A stretch of 64,000 nt of DNA from Lama guanicoe (lineage: Eukaryota). The notes under the pieces are model-generated. The model ran no database searches. It had not been told where the DNA came from and worked only from the letters and a program-made list of their open reading frames with translations. How positions within the stretch are numbered: position 1 is the first letter of the stretch; the number at the start of each line of letters is the position of its first letter. The position numbers and the translations under genes were made by a program. This document shows, piece after piece, positions 13,040 through 25,720 of this stretch. The stretch covers positions 768,833 through 832,832 of the forward strand of contig MU053376.1 in NCBI GenBank assembly GCA_013239625.1, read 5' to 3'.

Positions 13040-13445
13040 CGCGCCCCTTCCGTCCCCAGGCACCCTTGCTGCTGCCACACTGGGCTCTGGGCTCTTCCTC
13101 AAGATTCCAGCTGGCTCCTGCCTCGGGGCCCTTTCTCACTATTCCCTTGGAGCTGTTTTCCCCATCACCTGACTCCTCCTTCGCCTTATTCAGGCCTCTG
13201 CTTTGGTATCATTTCCTGGCCACCCTGTGTCACAGCCCTTCCTTTCTTCCCAAACCCCTCACTTACCCTCTTTCCCTGCTTTATATTTTCTTGCTCACTG
13301 TTTGATTGCCTGCCACCCCCACCTCCTCGCTCCCGGAAGGCCCGCTCCTGTAGAGCTGGGGCAATGTCCTGTTTACCCCTGAGTCCCGCTGCTGAGAACA
13401 TCCCCCGGCACAGGTGAAGTGCTCAGTGAATATTGGTGACTGAGG
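13040..13445 (+). mobile_element. L2 LINE 3' end
   Basis: Pyrimidine-rich body ending GGCACAGGTGAAGTGCTCAGTGAATATTGGTGACTGA, the L2 3' terminus pattern. Confidence 0.65.
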
Positions 13446-15189
13446 GACAAACTGTGGAGCTCGGTGGATTGCATTAGATTCTGTGAGAATGTTTACGGTG
13501 TGCTTCTGTATTCTCCCAGTTGTAAAGAGAAAGCTTCCCGATTGCAGTTCTCATTTACATTTGAAAGGCATTGTTCTTAAAATTAGATTTTGGTTTCTTA
13601 AGACAGCACCTCTCACACTGGGGTGTCCAGATCCCTGGGGGTTCTCGGATATGCTCATGGGAGTTTGGGGATTTTTTTTTCCCTTTGGAGGATGTCCATG
13701 TATTAATCGAGTTCGGGAAATCCATGTGTAGCTGTTGGAAATCTTGCACATGAAGTCTCATGAGGTCAGGCGCATTGGAGGCAGACTCTGGAGGACTTTC
13801 TGGAAAACAGATCTTGAGCAACAGTTGGAAGAAGGGGACGAGACAGAAAAGCTTTGGGTGACTCGCTTTGAGGGCCTGATTTATAATGCTGAGAAGACAT
13901 AAGGTGAAGCCCTCTCAGGCCACTGGGGAGCACGTGTGCCTGGTTGAAATGGAGTCTGAACTTGGGTAGAACAAGGTGAAGCACTTAAGTCGAGGGCACT
14001 TCCTGCTCTGAAAGCCTGAATTTGAGTGACAGCTGTGCAGGGCTGGGACCGCCCTGGAGCGGTCACCCATAAGCTCTGCTTTCTAGCCCCGTCCTCATCA
14101 CTTACGTACGTCTCACTGAAGTCATGTTGGCATGATGGCCCCCCCAGGGAGCACTGCCCACCCCACCCCCGCCTCCTGTGGCCCGTGCAGCTGGGGCATG
14201 GAGGGTGGACGGGAGTCAGCTGGCAGGTGGAAGATGACCCAGCCCTGGGGAAGGCGGTCCCCGGCTCACCAGCTTGCAGCCCTTTGTTTAACTGGGAATC
14301 AACCAGGCCAGAGGTCAGCATTTTCCTTGGGAGACTGTCAGGGTTTGCCTGTGGTTGAGGGGGAGTGGGGTCCAATTCCCAGGGAGTGGGCCAGGATCTG
14401 GCCCTATCTCCCACATCAGCTGTCCACTGTCTGCAGCCTGGCTGGTGCCAGCAGCATGTGATCCGCAAGGCGGCTTCGGCAGTCCAGTCACAGCCTGTAG
14501 ACCTGAGAAGCCGGGCAGTCCTTTACAAGCCACGCAGAGGCCCACTGGTGGCAGGGGTGAGGTGCCCAGAGAGTTATAGAAGAGCCAACCCGAGCCTGGC
14601 TGTCCCGACACCCAGCTCAGTGCTCTTCCTGCCGTCTCCTGCTTAGGACAGGAATCCAGGTGGACAATGGGGTCTGGCTAGTGATACATCAGCACCTCGG
14701 TTTCCGCCCGTGTGGCTCACTCAGAAGTACTGCAGTTTGCTTTGGGACATTAAAAGTCAATGTATCCCATTCTCTGCCAGAGTAACAGTTATTCTCCTTG
14801 GACACGTGGCTGTGATGTGTCTTCCTTACCCTGTCGGGCTTCGGGCAGAACTGTGTCTGGGGGACGATCAGCCCTGCAGTGAAGTCTGTGTATACAGTGG
14901 CCCCCAAATGAAAAGGCACCTGGGGAGAGGACGTCTGTGCCCTGCTCTGTCCACAGCTTCCTCGTTCAGTCTTCTACGGGCGGTCATCTCAGCGGCGGTT
15001 CCTAAAATCACCACGTGGGCTTTGAGGTCCTTTCCTCCTGCAGCCTCCCCCCAGGCCTGGAGGGTGGGAGAGGATGGGGGTTAGGAAGGGGGCAGGCAGA
15101 CCCAGCGGGGGCAGGGAGAAGATTAAGTCGGGGGTGTTCTAACTCCTTAATTTGAGATCTTGAGGAATGAGCCATGTCTAAGTGCTAAG

Positions 15190-15400
15190 AGCTCTAGTCT
15201 TGGAGTCTAGGAGACATAGATTTGTACCCAAGTCCCCCCTCTTAACCTTGAATGGGCTACTTAACCTTCTTGAGCCTCAATTTTCTCATCTGAGAAGTAG
15301 AGTTAATGGCTCCTGGCACACTGCACTGTGTGAGGATTCACTGAGCTAAAACACACCAACAGAGCACTTATCCGAGTGCCCAGCACCTAGTAGGGATGCG
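15190..15400 (+). mobile_element. MIR SINE
   Basis: TACTTAACCTTCTTGAGCCTCAATTTTCTCATCTGAGAAGTAG...GTGAGGATTCACTGAG. Confidence 0.75.
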
Positions 15401-16470
15401 GGATAAGGTAACAGCATCCTCTCAGCACCACAGGTCGGCTGAGTGCCTACACAGTGCCCAGCACCGTGCAGGATGCTACGGAAAATAAAGAGAACCAGAC
15501 GTCAGCACAAAGTCTGGCTGAAGAGAGAACTACACATAAAACAGAGGACAGTGCACAACATGCATATAAACCTAAAATGGGGAGGTTTAGATCATGAGGG
15601 TGTTGGGGAGAGAAGATGACTTTAAAGGCCTTTTGAGGATTAGGAAAAACCTTGATATATATTCAAAATAATATTCCACTTTGAGTATCTCTCCCCACTG
15701 CCCCTCCCCACCCTTCCCAAAGTGAACGCTTTGGAATAAACTGTGTGGAGCAAGGAGGAAGTCCTCTGGCTGAGGGGCCAGTAGCCTGGGGAACAGAACC
15801 CCTCATCTTCACGCTCGCTTCGCCCTCGCAGGGGCATGGTCCACGGGCACCTCCTTCCCGAAGACCAGCGTCTGCGTGGCTAGACAGACAAAGTATTCCC
15901 CATCTTTGCTCTCACTAGACTCTGTGGGATGCTAGAAATATTTTTCAACCCACCGAAGGAGAGAGAATCAACCAAGGCTGGTGCCAAAATATTCAGTAAA
16001 TTCAAAAGAGTCTTTTGTTTGACAAAGAAAGCAGCCGGGCTGGAGCCTCCTCTTCTGATCTGACATCACAGCCTGGTGGGCTGGGCCTCCATTCTTGTCC
16101 AGCCCCCACTCCCGGGCTCAAAGGTCTTCGCCTATTCAGGGTTCTTTAGGAAAGTGCAATTCTCTTTCCACCTGTTCAGCAAATCCATCAGCCCCTCTGG
16201 CCTTAGTGGCGTCGCCTGTGAGATGGTGATGACAGTTCCACTTGCTCTGAAGGGCGAGTTTGGCTGGGTGGGGTGGGCTTTTGCTCCACCTCCAACTCTC
16301 AGGTCAGAGCTTGGACATGGCCCCTATCCGGATGGGCGCTCTGTGATGCCAAACACAAAAGTCTGTCATCATCCAGAACACGTGTGTGCTCTGCTTTGGA
16401 ATCCACCTGTGAGCCTGTGGCACGTTCATGCAGTGTCCTCAGTGACGGGCACTCTTCTCCCTTTTAGCAG

Positions 16471-16506
16471 GAATTTGGTTTGGGGGAGCAGCCTAATCAG
16501 GACAAT
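16471..16506 (+). other. Candidate 36-nt (39-nt with the upstream NAG) cassette exon
   Basis: CTCTTCTCCCTTTTAGCAG acceptor (NAGNAG) and AAT|GTAAGT donor; both lengths are multiples of 3. Confidence 0.3.
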
Positions 16507-16887
16507 GTAAGTATATGACCTGATTGAAGACCTTTAGTTGCAAACAAATGATGCTGATTTCATTCAGTTTCTAAACTGACTCAGGGAAAGGTTCCAAATA
16601 AAATTTCCAAAGTGTTTTCTACGAGGACTGCATCCTCAGAACACAGGTGGCAGGCTCTTATTAGTTTAAGGACCATACTCATTTGGACATTAATTCTGAC
16701 TTTTTAAAACATGAATTTGCTACATTATATTTACCCTCATGTTTTTAAAAAAATGATTATCCTCTTCATTACTATTCATTTCCTAATGCATTTGTTTTAT
16801 GTTGTTTGGATAGCTGTGCTTTTTATTTTCTTAAAAATGTGGCTTGCCCAGTTCATTAGCAGTGATAAAAACATAAAATGTTTTAGC

Positions 16888-17036
16888 TCAGTGGTTTTGA
16901 AACCGGTCTCAGCTTGTTCAAATCCAGGTGGCTGGGTCCATGCCCAGGGCTGCTGATGCAGGAAGTCTGGGGTGGGGACTCAATAATGAGCATCTTCAAT
17001 ATGCTGCTCCTGGACCATATTTTGAGACTCCCCTGG
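16888..17036. mobile_element. MER5-like hAT-Charlie MITE
   Basis: CAGTGGTTTTGAAAC...AGTCTGGGGTGGGGACTCAATAATGAGCAT...GACCATATTTTGAGACTCCCTG, with degenerate terminal inverted repeats. Confidence 0.65.
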
Positions 17037-17354
17037 CCTAACTGAAAGATCAAATCCAACCCCTTTTTGTACGTATCAGTAAACTGAGGTATCAGGAGAA
17101 GTGACTCCATTACCAAGTGTTATATAATGGAATTAGTGACAGAGCTCAGTCTGAAACCCAGGCATTCAGTATATTCAGTCTAGTGCTTCCCAAATTGCTA
17201 TTTCTTGGTTGGAGACGGGTTAACATGAGTGTAAGTTTTTCAGATTGTGTAGGACCCTCCTGATTTAAAATAATCTGGCTTCTTTTCCCCTTTAGTACCA
17301 CTGTGTCATGATTTTTATTTCACCACAGAAATAACTCGTGCTTGACTTGCTTTT

Positions 17355-18150
17355 TAAAAAATTATGATAAAACACACACAACATAAAGTTTACCATTTTA
17401 GCCATTTTTAAGCGTTCTAAGTATACATTGTTATGCAGCCGTCTCCACCATCCACCTCCAGAACTTTTTTGTCTTCCCCAGCAAATATGCTGTACCCATT
17501 AAAAAACAGCTCCCCATTTCTTAGTCCTCCAGACCCTGGCAACCACCATTCTACTTTCTGTCTCTATGAATTTAACTATTCTAGGTACTTCATCTACGTG
17601 GAATCGTGCACTATTTGTCCTCTTGGGACTGGCTTTTTTCACTCAGCAGTGTCCTCAAGGTTCATCCATGTTGTATCATGTGTCAGAGTTTCCTTCCTTT
17701 TTTCAAAATTGAAGTATAGTCAGTTATAGTATGTCAGTTTCTGGTGTACAGCATAATGTTTCAGTCATACATACATACATATACTCATTTTCATTATAGG
17801 TTACTATAAGATATTGACTATAGTTCCCAGAAGAAAATTTTTAAATCTATTTTATACATAGTAGTTAGTATTTGCAAATCTCAAACTCCAAATTTATCCC
17901 TTCCCACCCCACCTTCCTTTTTAAAGCTGAATAATATTCTTTTGTATGTATATGCTATATTTTGTTTACCCATCCATCCATTGCTGGACACTCAGGTTGC
18001 CTCCCCCTCTTGGTTATTATAAAATAATGCTGTGAACATGAGCATAGAAATATCTCTTCCAGTGCCTGCTTTCAGTTCTGTGGAATATATGCCCAGAAAT
18101 GGAATTGTTGGATCATATGGTAATTTTCTGTTTTAAGTTTTTGAGGAACC
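17355..18150 (-). mobile_element. Old L1MB-like 3' end with a nested younger L1 tail
   Basis: CCTGGCAACCACCATTCTACTTTCTGTCTCTATGAATTT...GGATCATATGGTAAT...TTTTGAGGAACC. Interrupted at 17703-17911. Confidence 0.85.
17703..17911 (-). mobile_element. Young L1 3' tail fragment
   Basis: ATTGAAGTATAGTCAGTT...TTTCTGGTGTACAGCATAATG. 11-bp TSD CCTTCCTTTTT at 17692-17702 and 17912-17922. Confidence 0.85.
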
Positions 18151-20739
18151 TGATTTGCTTTTGACTCTGGGAGCTTGAGGCTAAAAATATGGATCTGCTA
18201 TTAACAAATTAGTGGGTACACAGATCTGGACCAGTCCATGGCTCTTATCCATCTGGTGCTAATGTTGGAAGGTGAATCGGCTGCCCTGAGGCCTTGTGAT
18301 AAAGAGACTCTGTTATTTCCAGTTTACTATTGGAGACTGCAAATGGTCTTCTAGGTTTTTTCTCTTCCACTCCTTGGCTTTGCTCTGACTTCACTGCTGC
18401 CCATCTGCATTCATATTTGTCTCCCTCTTTGTCTTTGGGCCTTTATCTGATAGTTTGTATTCCTGTCCATCACATCTTGCCAGCCCCAAAACACTCCTAC
18501 TGCAATGCAGAGTGAAGTCTGGAACCAAAGGGTCCAACCCCATTGCACTGCATCTTAAATTCTCTAGTGGAACATGATGGTCATCTGGGAGGCAGTATGC
18601 CAGGTAATGGGGTGGGAAGACCTCACATACAGTGGAGATTAAGAAATACTCCTAGAATTAATGAATGAGTGTGACAGGAGGGCTAGGATGCTGCCAGGCA
18701 GGGTTCCAGGGCTGGACATTTTGTAAGAAATAACCAACGATTTGGATTGGTTTTTACCACCATCCAAGAGTCCTGGGCTCCACCACCAGCAGGGAATCTT
18801 GTGCTGCTCTGGAATTAGAGGTGTCCATTGGGAAACCTAGTGCTTTCTGCTTCCGAGTAGGTGCCAGCATGAAGGCTCAAGCGTGTGTCTTCTTGGGGTG
18901 CACTCTAGCCTGAAGGGATCCAGGACAGCGACTCCTGGAATTGTCAGTGTTGGGGGCTGAAGGAAAAGAAAGAACGGGCTCTAGACTTGCCAGCTCACAC
19001 GGTTCTAGCCCGAGTCTGCAAAACCCAAATGTCTCTCCAGCTGACTCGAGAGGATACTGTGAAACTTCAGAACTCAAATTATTATGTTTTTAAGTTTAAG
19101 GAAAATTAAGACCACACAGCATTCTCTTCCTGGTTGATTTATAAAATCCTTCTATCAATCAGGTTAAAACAATAGCAGCCCAGGTGTAGAACTCCTAAAA
19201 GGCGTGTTATCAGTTACCATTTTTCCATCCTACCCCAGGTGAGCAAACTGAGTGGCTAGGTTACTTTTAACATTTTTTTTTCTTTTAAATTATAAAGCAG
19301 CAAGATGCCCATGGTTGAGGTCATCAGAAATGACTCTTTGGGTCTAGTTCTAGTGCTCTGTTATTCAGGTTAACAGAGGAGAACAGTGAAGCAGGTGTGG
19401 TAGTTAATCCACAGAATTCCTGTTGGCTCAGAATAGCATCATTTTCACTTGTTTTGTGTCAGTAAGATGATACTGCCTTTCTGTGTAGTTTCATGGTTTA
19501 TAGTTTACTTTAGCCACGTCTCTACACAGCAGTAAATGTCTTGTTTGATCCCGGGACTTCGTGTTTCTCTTCCTCCAGGCCATTTTCCCAGAAGGAGGTA
19601 GTCCAGACATCTACCTCCAAATGTGTATTATCCTTGTTTCCTTTCAGTCAGCTTAGAATGGAGACTTGTAAGAGCTCCCAGATCCCAGGAACAATCAGGG
19701 ATGGTAAACGTACTGGGTGGTAATTGGTGATCTCTCTCTGGTTGCTGGGAGCTGTCATCAGGTCTTCAAGAGTACAGATTTGTAGAATCCATTAACATCA
19801 ATGCTTGCTGCTAATTGTACCCAGACCCCACCTTATCTCAGCATCCTGCTGCTGCTTAAAAGGGTAATTCCCCTCTGGGAACTCTGGGGAATACCCTTTC
19901 CTGTTGCTCCCTGTGTAAAAATTAGAGGATATAACAGAGTCCTCAGGGCTGTAACAGGGTCATCACATCAGACCAGCAAGGTCTTTGTGGGCCTCCCCTG
20001 TCTCTGAGAGCTGCTCTCAGACACCTGCTTAAGGTGCTGCAGAACACAGAGGCAGATGCGGCTGACTTGCTGGGTGTTAGACCTGCAGGAAGAGCTAGTC
20101 AGTGTTTTCAATCCCCTGAGACACCTCCTTGGTAACATCCATCCCTCCCAACATCCAGCCATTCAGATAGTGTTTGCTCAGCTTATGCTCGCGCTGGGAG
20201 TGGTCCCGGGGCCAGAGGCCTGCCATGTGCCTTCACAGAGGCTCCAGGATGCTTGAGGAAGCCAGACTGCTCTACATGAAAACCTAGGCAGCAATACAAG
20301 GCAGGCCTTAGGGCACCCAACCCCAGCATTTTATAGGTAAATAAAGGGAGCATGTGAAACTCAAGCTCTTCTTCCTAAACTAGGTGTGAAGTAATACCAG
20401 GAGAAGTGAAGTATTTTGAGCATCCTAAGTAAAAGGACTTAAGAAAAACAGTGCCTGTGTCTTTGGAAAGTGGGGGACCCTATTCCAAGAGGGGTGGTAG
20501 TGGGGCGTGGTGATGCACACATACTCCGGTGTTTGCCCAGTGGCCTGGGGCCCTGGTCGTGGGCCGAGCCTCCTTGAGCAAGCATGGTGGGATGGCAGAG
20601 AAGGTATTACCTCATTTGAGAGCTAAAGAAATTGGGTCTTCATGGAAGCAGCTGGACATTAGATGCGTAACATCCTACTTGAGAGGGAAATGCAAAGATC
20701 TACCCCCTGGAAGGATCCCAGATTACTTGGCATCTGGCC

Positions 20740-21130
20740 TGGAGCCCCCAGAACACAGAGCCTAAGGCTTACGTGCTACAGCTTTATCAGGGAGTCCAAT
20801 CCCAGAGAACGAAAGTAGGAGAAGGCAAGATGCAGGGAGGGAGGGCGAGCCAACGTGAGGCTGCATTGTTGATCTGGCCACTTGGTATCAAGCCCAACCA
20901 GTGGTTCAGTCTTTCTGGACAATCAGGAGCAGAAGGCATCCCCTCTCCCATGGGTCAAAGGCTCATCCCACTGGGCATAATTGCCCTGCATCTCTGGCTT
21001 GTACATGCCTGGGCTTCCTGCGTAAGGCCTGCTGTGTCTCAACTTCCAGTGTCAACAGGAAGCTCTAGGGCTGGAAGCAGGAGTTACAGGAAGAAGGCAC
21101 ACGTCAAGGCGCTGCTGGGTGGTGCCCATG
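20740..21130. mobile_element. ERVL LTR16-like solo LTR remnant
   Basis: CTCTCCCATGGGTCAAAGGCTCATCCCACTGGGCATAATTGCCCTGCATCTCTGGCTTGTACATGC resembles my recollection of the LTR16-family consensus. Confidence 0.45.
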
Positions 21131-21747
21131 TGAAGTGGTAGCTCTCCCAAAGCTGGCCACCACAGCAGTGTCTGGGGCTGGGAGGAAAGGCCAAAGTCCC
21201 TAGAGAAAGATGGGGCTGAGAGGCACTCAACCACACACCTGCACCCCGTAATGGACGGGAGGCAAGATGGATTTTGTTTTCAATACCAGCAAGGGTGCAG
21301 GGTGTAGACTGGGGCTGCGGGGCAGGGGGTGGTACTGGAGCATGATTGGTTTCCCTGTGAGAGATGGAGAGGAAGAGGAAGGATGCCCAGGGCACCAACA
21401 ACAGCCGCCATTTGGTCTGCTGCAGCCCAGCTGCTGGTCACACTAAGCTAGTCTACAAGGAACTTCATCTTCTCCAGTCCTGGCCTCCGTGGAGCCCTGC
21501 ACCTAACTCAGCCCTTGGGAAAAGGTTCTGTGGACTCCTCTGTTACTACTGAGCACCAAGGCCGTGCCGTGCATCTGTGTAGGCGTGTGATACTTTTTGG
21601 GGGGAAAAAATAAAAGAGCAAGCAATACACAAGCCGAAGGAGGGAGACTCAGGGTTGGCAAAAATGAATCATTTTGAATAAAGTGAATGTCTGACACTGA
21701 CTGCCCATTTGAACATTGCTTTTACTAGGTTACATTCACCCTTCCTT

Positions 21748-21943
21748 TTTTTAAAGTTTATTTTATTGAAGTATAGTCAGTTACAGTGCATCAATTTCTG
21801 GTGCAGCATAATGTCCCACTCATGCCTATACATACGTACATTCATTTTCATATTCTTTTTCTTTAAAGGTTGTTACAAGATATTGAATATAGTTCTCTGT
21901 GCTCTACAGAAGAAATTTGTTTTTTATCTATCTTTATGTATAG
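21748..21943 (-). mobile_element. Young L1 3' tail fragment
   Basis: Same tail sequence as 17703 and 23949. TSD TCACCCTTC(C/T)TT at 21736-21747 and 21944-21955. Confidence 0.85.
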
Positions 21944-22039
21944 TCACCCTTCTTTATACTCTTGAATAGTTAACCCCTTTCCTCTTTGAACTCTTAAGGC
22001 ATTCAGTTCTTTAGTGAAAGAAACAACACTGTCTCCTGC

Positions 22040-22255
22040 TGTTACCAGTTTTCTGTTGCTGCTTAAGAAGCCACCCCCAAAATTTAGGGGCTTAAAACAA
22101 CAACCATATCACTTATTCACAATTCTGTGGTCAACAATTTAAGCAGCACTTGGTTGGGACATTGTTCTAATGGTCACACTTGGAGTCACTCACGTGGCTG
22201 CAGTCACCTGGTGGCCCAGAGAGGACCGGATGATGTCAAATGGCCTCTCAAGTCT
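22040..22255 (-). mobile_element. MLT1 (ERVL-MaLR) LTR fragment
   Basis: TTTCTGTTGCTGCTTAAGAAGCCACCCCCAAAATTTAGGGGCTTAAAACAACAACC...CACAATTCTGTGG is an antisense MLT1 end. Confidence 0.7.
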
Positions 22256-22264
22256 GGTCTGGGG

Positions 22265-22582
22265 CTGTGCTGTGTAATCCAGAAGCAGCTCACTGCACGT
22301 GGCTGTTGAGCACTTGAAATGTGGCTGGCCTGATTTGAGACGTGCTATTAATGTAGAATACACTGTATTTTGAAGACTTGGTAACTGTATCGAATGTAAA
22401 CTAGTTCATTAATAATGTTGATATGTTGATTGCATGTTGAAGTGATAGCTTTTTAAATCTTGGGTTAAATAAAATGTATTAAGAGTAATTTCACCTGTTT
22501 CTATTTCCCTGTTTCTTTTTGGTTTTTTTAATATGACTGTTAGAAAATCAAAAATTACATATGTTTCTACTGGACAGCATTA
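22265..22582 (+). mobile_element. MER33 hAT-Charlie DNA transposon
   Basis: CACGTGGCTGTTGAGCACTTGAAATGTGGCT...TTGGGTTAAATAAAAT...AATTTCACCTGTTTC...CTACTGGACAGCA follows MER33 along its length. Confidence 0.85.
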
Positions 22583-22611
22583 TGCTATACAAATGAAGTA
22601 TGTAGTTGCAT

Positions 22612-22945
22612 TACAAATGGAACAATGTTTACAAAACAGAAACTGACTCACGGGCATAGAAAACAAACTTATGTTTACCAGCGGGGAAAGGGCGTAGGAA
22701 GGGATAAAATGGGAGTTTGAGATTTGCAGATACGAACTACTATATATAAAATAGACAAACAACAAGTTTCTACTGTAGAGCACAGGAAACTATATTCCAT
22801 ATCTTGTAGTAACTTATGGTGAAAAAGAATATGAAAATGAACTCATGTATGTTCCTATATGACTGAAGTATTGTGCTGTACACCAGAAACTGACACAGCA
22901 TTTTAAACTGACTGTACTTCGATAAAAATAGATTTTAAAAAAAAC
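22612..22945 (+). mobile_element. Young L1 3' end (sense)
   Basis: TTTACAAAACAGAAACTGACTCACGGGCATAGAAAACAAACTTATG...CTGACTGTACTTCGATAAAAA plus A-tail. Reverse complement of the other L1 tails in the window. Confidence 0.85.
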
Positions 22946-23679
22946 CCAAAAGGAATGATGATGTAATTTCAGTTTACACATGTGAATGATGGAATAGGTA
23001 AGTGGTCCTACCTTTCACCTCTGGCCCGCACATTTCACTTTGATAGAAGGATACAGAATTATTTAAGGTTGGGGAGCCTGAGCGAGGATGCAGAATTTTG
23101 CTTTGTAACGCCTCTGTTTTGTGAAGGAGGGAAACAGAGACCCAGAGGGTAAAGCAACTTGATGAGAACCAGAGCCCAGGACTCCTGCCATCCAGGCCTT
23201 GGCTATGCTGCTCACGACCCTCACTGACATTTGATTGAATCCCAGGCTTCTCAGTGGACCATCTGCTTTCCCAGCTTAGGTGCTTTCCTCTTTCTAGACA
23301 TCCCCAAACCCTTCCCGACCCCCATCACATCTCATGCCTCCAGCCACAGCCAGCCCCACATTTTATATTCAATACTGAGCACCAGAAGCAGATATGGTAG
23401 CTCAGAGCCCTACAGTCTGACATTCTGCTGTAATCAGTCGGTGTTCACTCACCTTGCCTGACCAGGTGGGACAAGATGGGGAGCAGGGCCCCCAAACCAA
23501 CCTGGAATGAAGAAGGGTAAGTAGAGACTGTGATTAGTGACAGTCACTAGGCTGGGTTAAAGCACACCCACCTAGCCTTTTGACCCAGGTGCTCCAGGTC
23601 CTAAGGACGTCTGCAACTTCTGTGGCCACAGCAAAGCAGAACTGTACATATACCCTGCCAAAGCTTGAAGATAAATCCT

Positions 23680-24700
23680 GTTAGGTAGCGGGAAAACAGT
23701 TACCAGGTTTTGTAGTGATTCTGTTGAGACTTGAACTAAAGCACAGTAGGAAGCATGAATAGTGAGGGACAGAGCAGTTAGATACTTGGGAGACAAAATA
23801 GATAAGAATTGGATGTGGGAGGCTTGGGGAAAGAGAGGAGTCTGCTTCTCAAGTCCAGCCAGGTGGTGTCATTCACTGATAATGTGACAGTAAGAAGGAG
23901 GAAGAGGTTTGGTAGAGAAGATCCTAGGTCTGGTTCAATGACGTGTTTTGTTTTGTCTTATTTTGTTTTTAATTGAAATTTGGTCACTTACGCTGTGTCA
24001 ATTTCTGGTGCACAGCACAGTGTCCCAGTCATGCATACACATACATACATTCATTTGCATATTCTTTTTCATTAAAGGTTATTACAAGATATTGAATACA
24101 GTTCCCTGTGCTCTACAGAAGAAATTTGGTTTTTATCTGTTTTTATATGTAGTGGTTAACATTTGCAGATCTCAAACTCTCGAATTTATTCTTTCCTACC
24201 CTCTTTCCACTGGTATAAGATTTTCTACTATGTCTATGAGGCTATTTCTGTTTTGTAGATGAGTTCATTAGTGTCTTCTTTTTTCTTTTCTTTTTCTTTT
24301 TGATTCCACATATGAGTGATGTCATATGGCATTTTTCTTTCTCTTTCTGGCTTACTTCACTTAGAATGATGACCTCCAGGTCCACGCATGTTGCTGGAAA
24401 TGGCATTATTTTAATTCTTTTTTAAATGATGCGTTTCTAAGGTACCTATGGGAGATCCAAGTGGAGATGATCAGTAAACAGCTGTAAATGTGGGTCTAAT
24501 TGTGGGAGAGAAGGAAGGACATGAGAAATGGATTGGAAGTCTTATTGAGTCGGAGGTGATTAAAACCATTGGCAGAGATAAGGTTCTCCAGGGACTTTGT
24601 GTAGACTCAGAAGATACTGCTTGAGAGTGAGGCTCTGGGAAATAGCTGTGTTTAAAGTACAGGGAAGGCCAAGAAGTGATCTAGTTAACAGGGGCTGGTA
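23680..24700 (-). mobile_element. L2 fragment interrupted by a young L1
   Basis: Purine-rich antisense L2 (GGTACCTATGGGAGATCCAAGTGGAGATGATCAGTAAACAGCTG...). Confidence 0.6.
23949..24424 (-). mobile_element. Young L1 3' end
   Basis: L1 3' UTR extending to GATTCCACATATGAGTGAT...CTTACTTCACTTAGAATG. TSD AATGAYGYGTTT at 23937-23948 and 24425-24436. Confidence 0.9.
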
Positions 24701-24974
24701 CTTAATCTGTAATTGCTGAAGAAAAGGAAAAAGAGATACCTGGAATGTTGTGGGCCATATGTTTAGAATTTTATTCCCCAAAAGGCTTTGTACATAGGAG
24801 ACGTGCAGTAATATTTGTTAAGTTAGATTCAGTCGCTTTGTATTGCACTGCACTGATTTGAGCTGAATTGAGTTTACTGCTTCCGTGGCTGCTCGAGCAG
24901 TTTTAGGCGTTTCCCCTGCTCCACCCAGCTTCTCCCCTTTCCCCTCCTCTTGTTCACTGAGTCCAGTATACAGC

Positions 24975-25148
24975 AAGAACTTTGTTGTCAATGAAATATT
25001 TCAAGGTTTTAGTGAAAGAGGCTTAAGTAAAAGGACAAATTAATTACCTCTCATAATAGGCAGCCTAAAGGTTGGTGGCTTCAGCTTTGGGGCAGGACTT
25101 ACCTTATAAAGGACCCAGCTTTTGTGGGCTTTCCTCTTTGGTATCTTT

Positions 25149-25187
<39 letters not shown>

Positions 25188-25720
25188 TTCATTCATTCAT
25201 TCATTCATTCATTCATTTATTTTTAATGGAGGTACTGGGGATTGAACCCAGGACCCCGTGCATGCTGAGCACACACGCTATACTGAACTATACCCTCCCC
25301 CTCCCCCTGTTTGGTATCTTAAGTGTGTTGATTCTTAGTCCCCAGGTTTATCACTTCATGATTTTGGGATGGTTGCTATACTTCCAAGCATCATATCCTA
25401 AAATAGTCAAGTTCTTGTTCTTGGTAGGAATAAAATGTCAGGTCTTTGCTGTATCTTTGACAGAGCTGAAAATCTTTGTCAGAAATTTCCCTAGCTGACT
25501 TCCTCTTATGTCTCATTGGCCAACTTGGCCATCCCTAAACCAAGCATGAGCAAGGGGGATGGTGTTACTGTTGTGACTTAGCCAAATCGTGGCTCATCTC
25601 TTGGAGGCAGAGGAAGATCCACCTTTCCTGGTACCACCAGAAAAAAATTGGGGTCCCAAAAACTAGGGAAGAAGGAGGAATGGATGTAGGGTAGGAAACC
25701 AAGGGTATCTTCCATACCCA
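24975..25720 (-). mobile_element. Old MLT1 (K/L-like) LTR interrupted by a SINE
   Basis: GACTTCCTCTTATGTCTCATTGGCCAACTTGGCCATCCCTAAACCAA...GAAGAAGGAGGAATGGATGTAGGGTAGG. Confidence 0.65.
25148..25305 (-). mobile_element. tRNA-derived camelid-type SINE with (ATTT)n(ATTC)n tail
   Basis: ATGGAGGTACTGGGGATTGAACCCAGGACC...TGAACTATACCCTCCCC. 15-bp TSD CCT(C/G)TTTGGTATCTT at 25133-25147 and 25306-25320. Confidence 0.9.

Noticed and set aside
19215..19250. Second AG|GTGAG recursive-site-like motif (CCCCAG|GTGAGC)
   Set aside because: The context ATCCTACCCCAGGTGAGCAAACTGAG resembles a decayed MIR core, and the tract and donor are weaker.
22973..23003. 25-nt exon-like unit with a strong TAG|GTAAGT donor
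   Set aside because: The acceptor lacks a pyrimidine tract because it abuts an L1 A-tail, and the length is not a multiple of 3.
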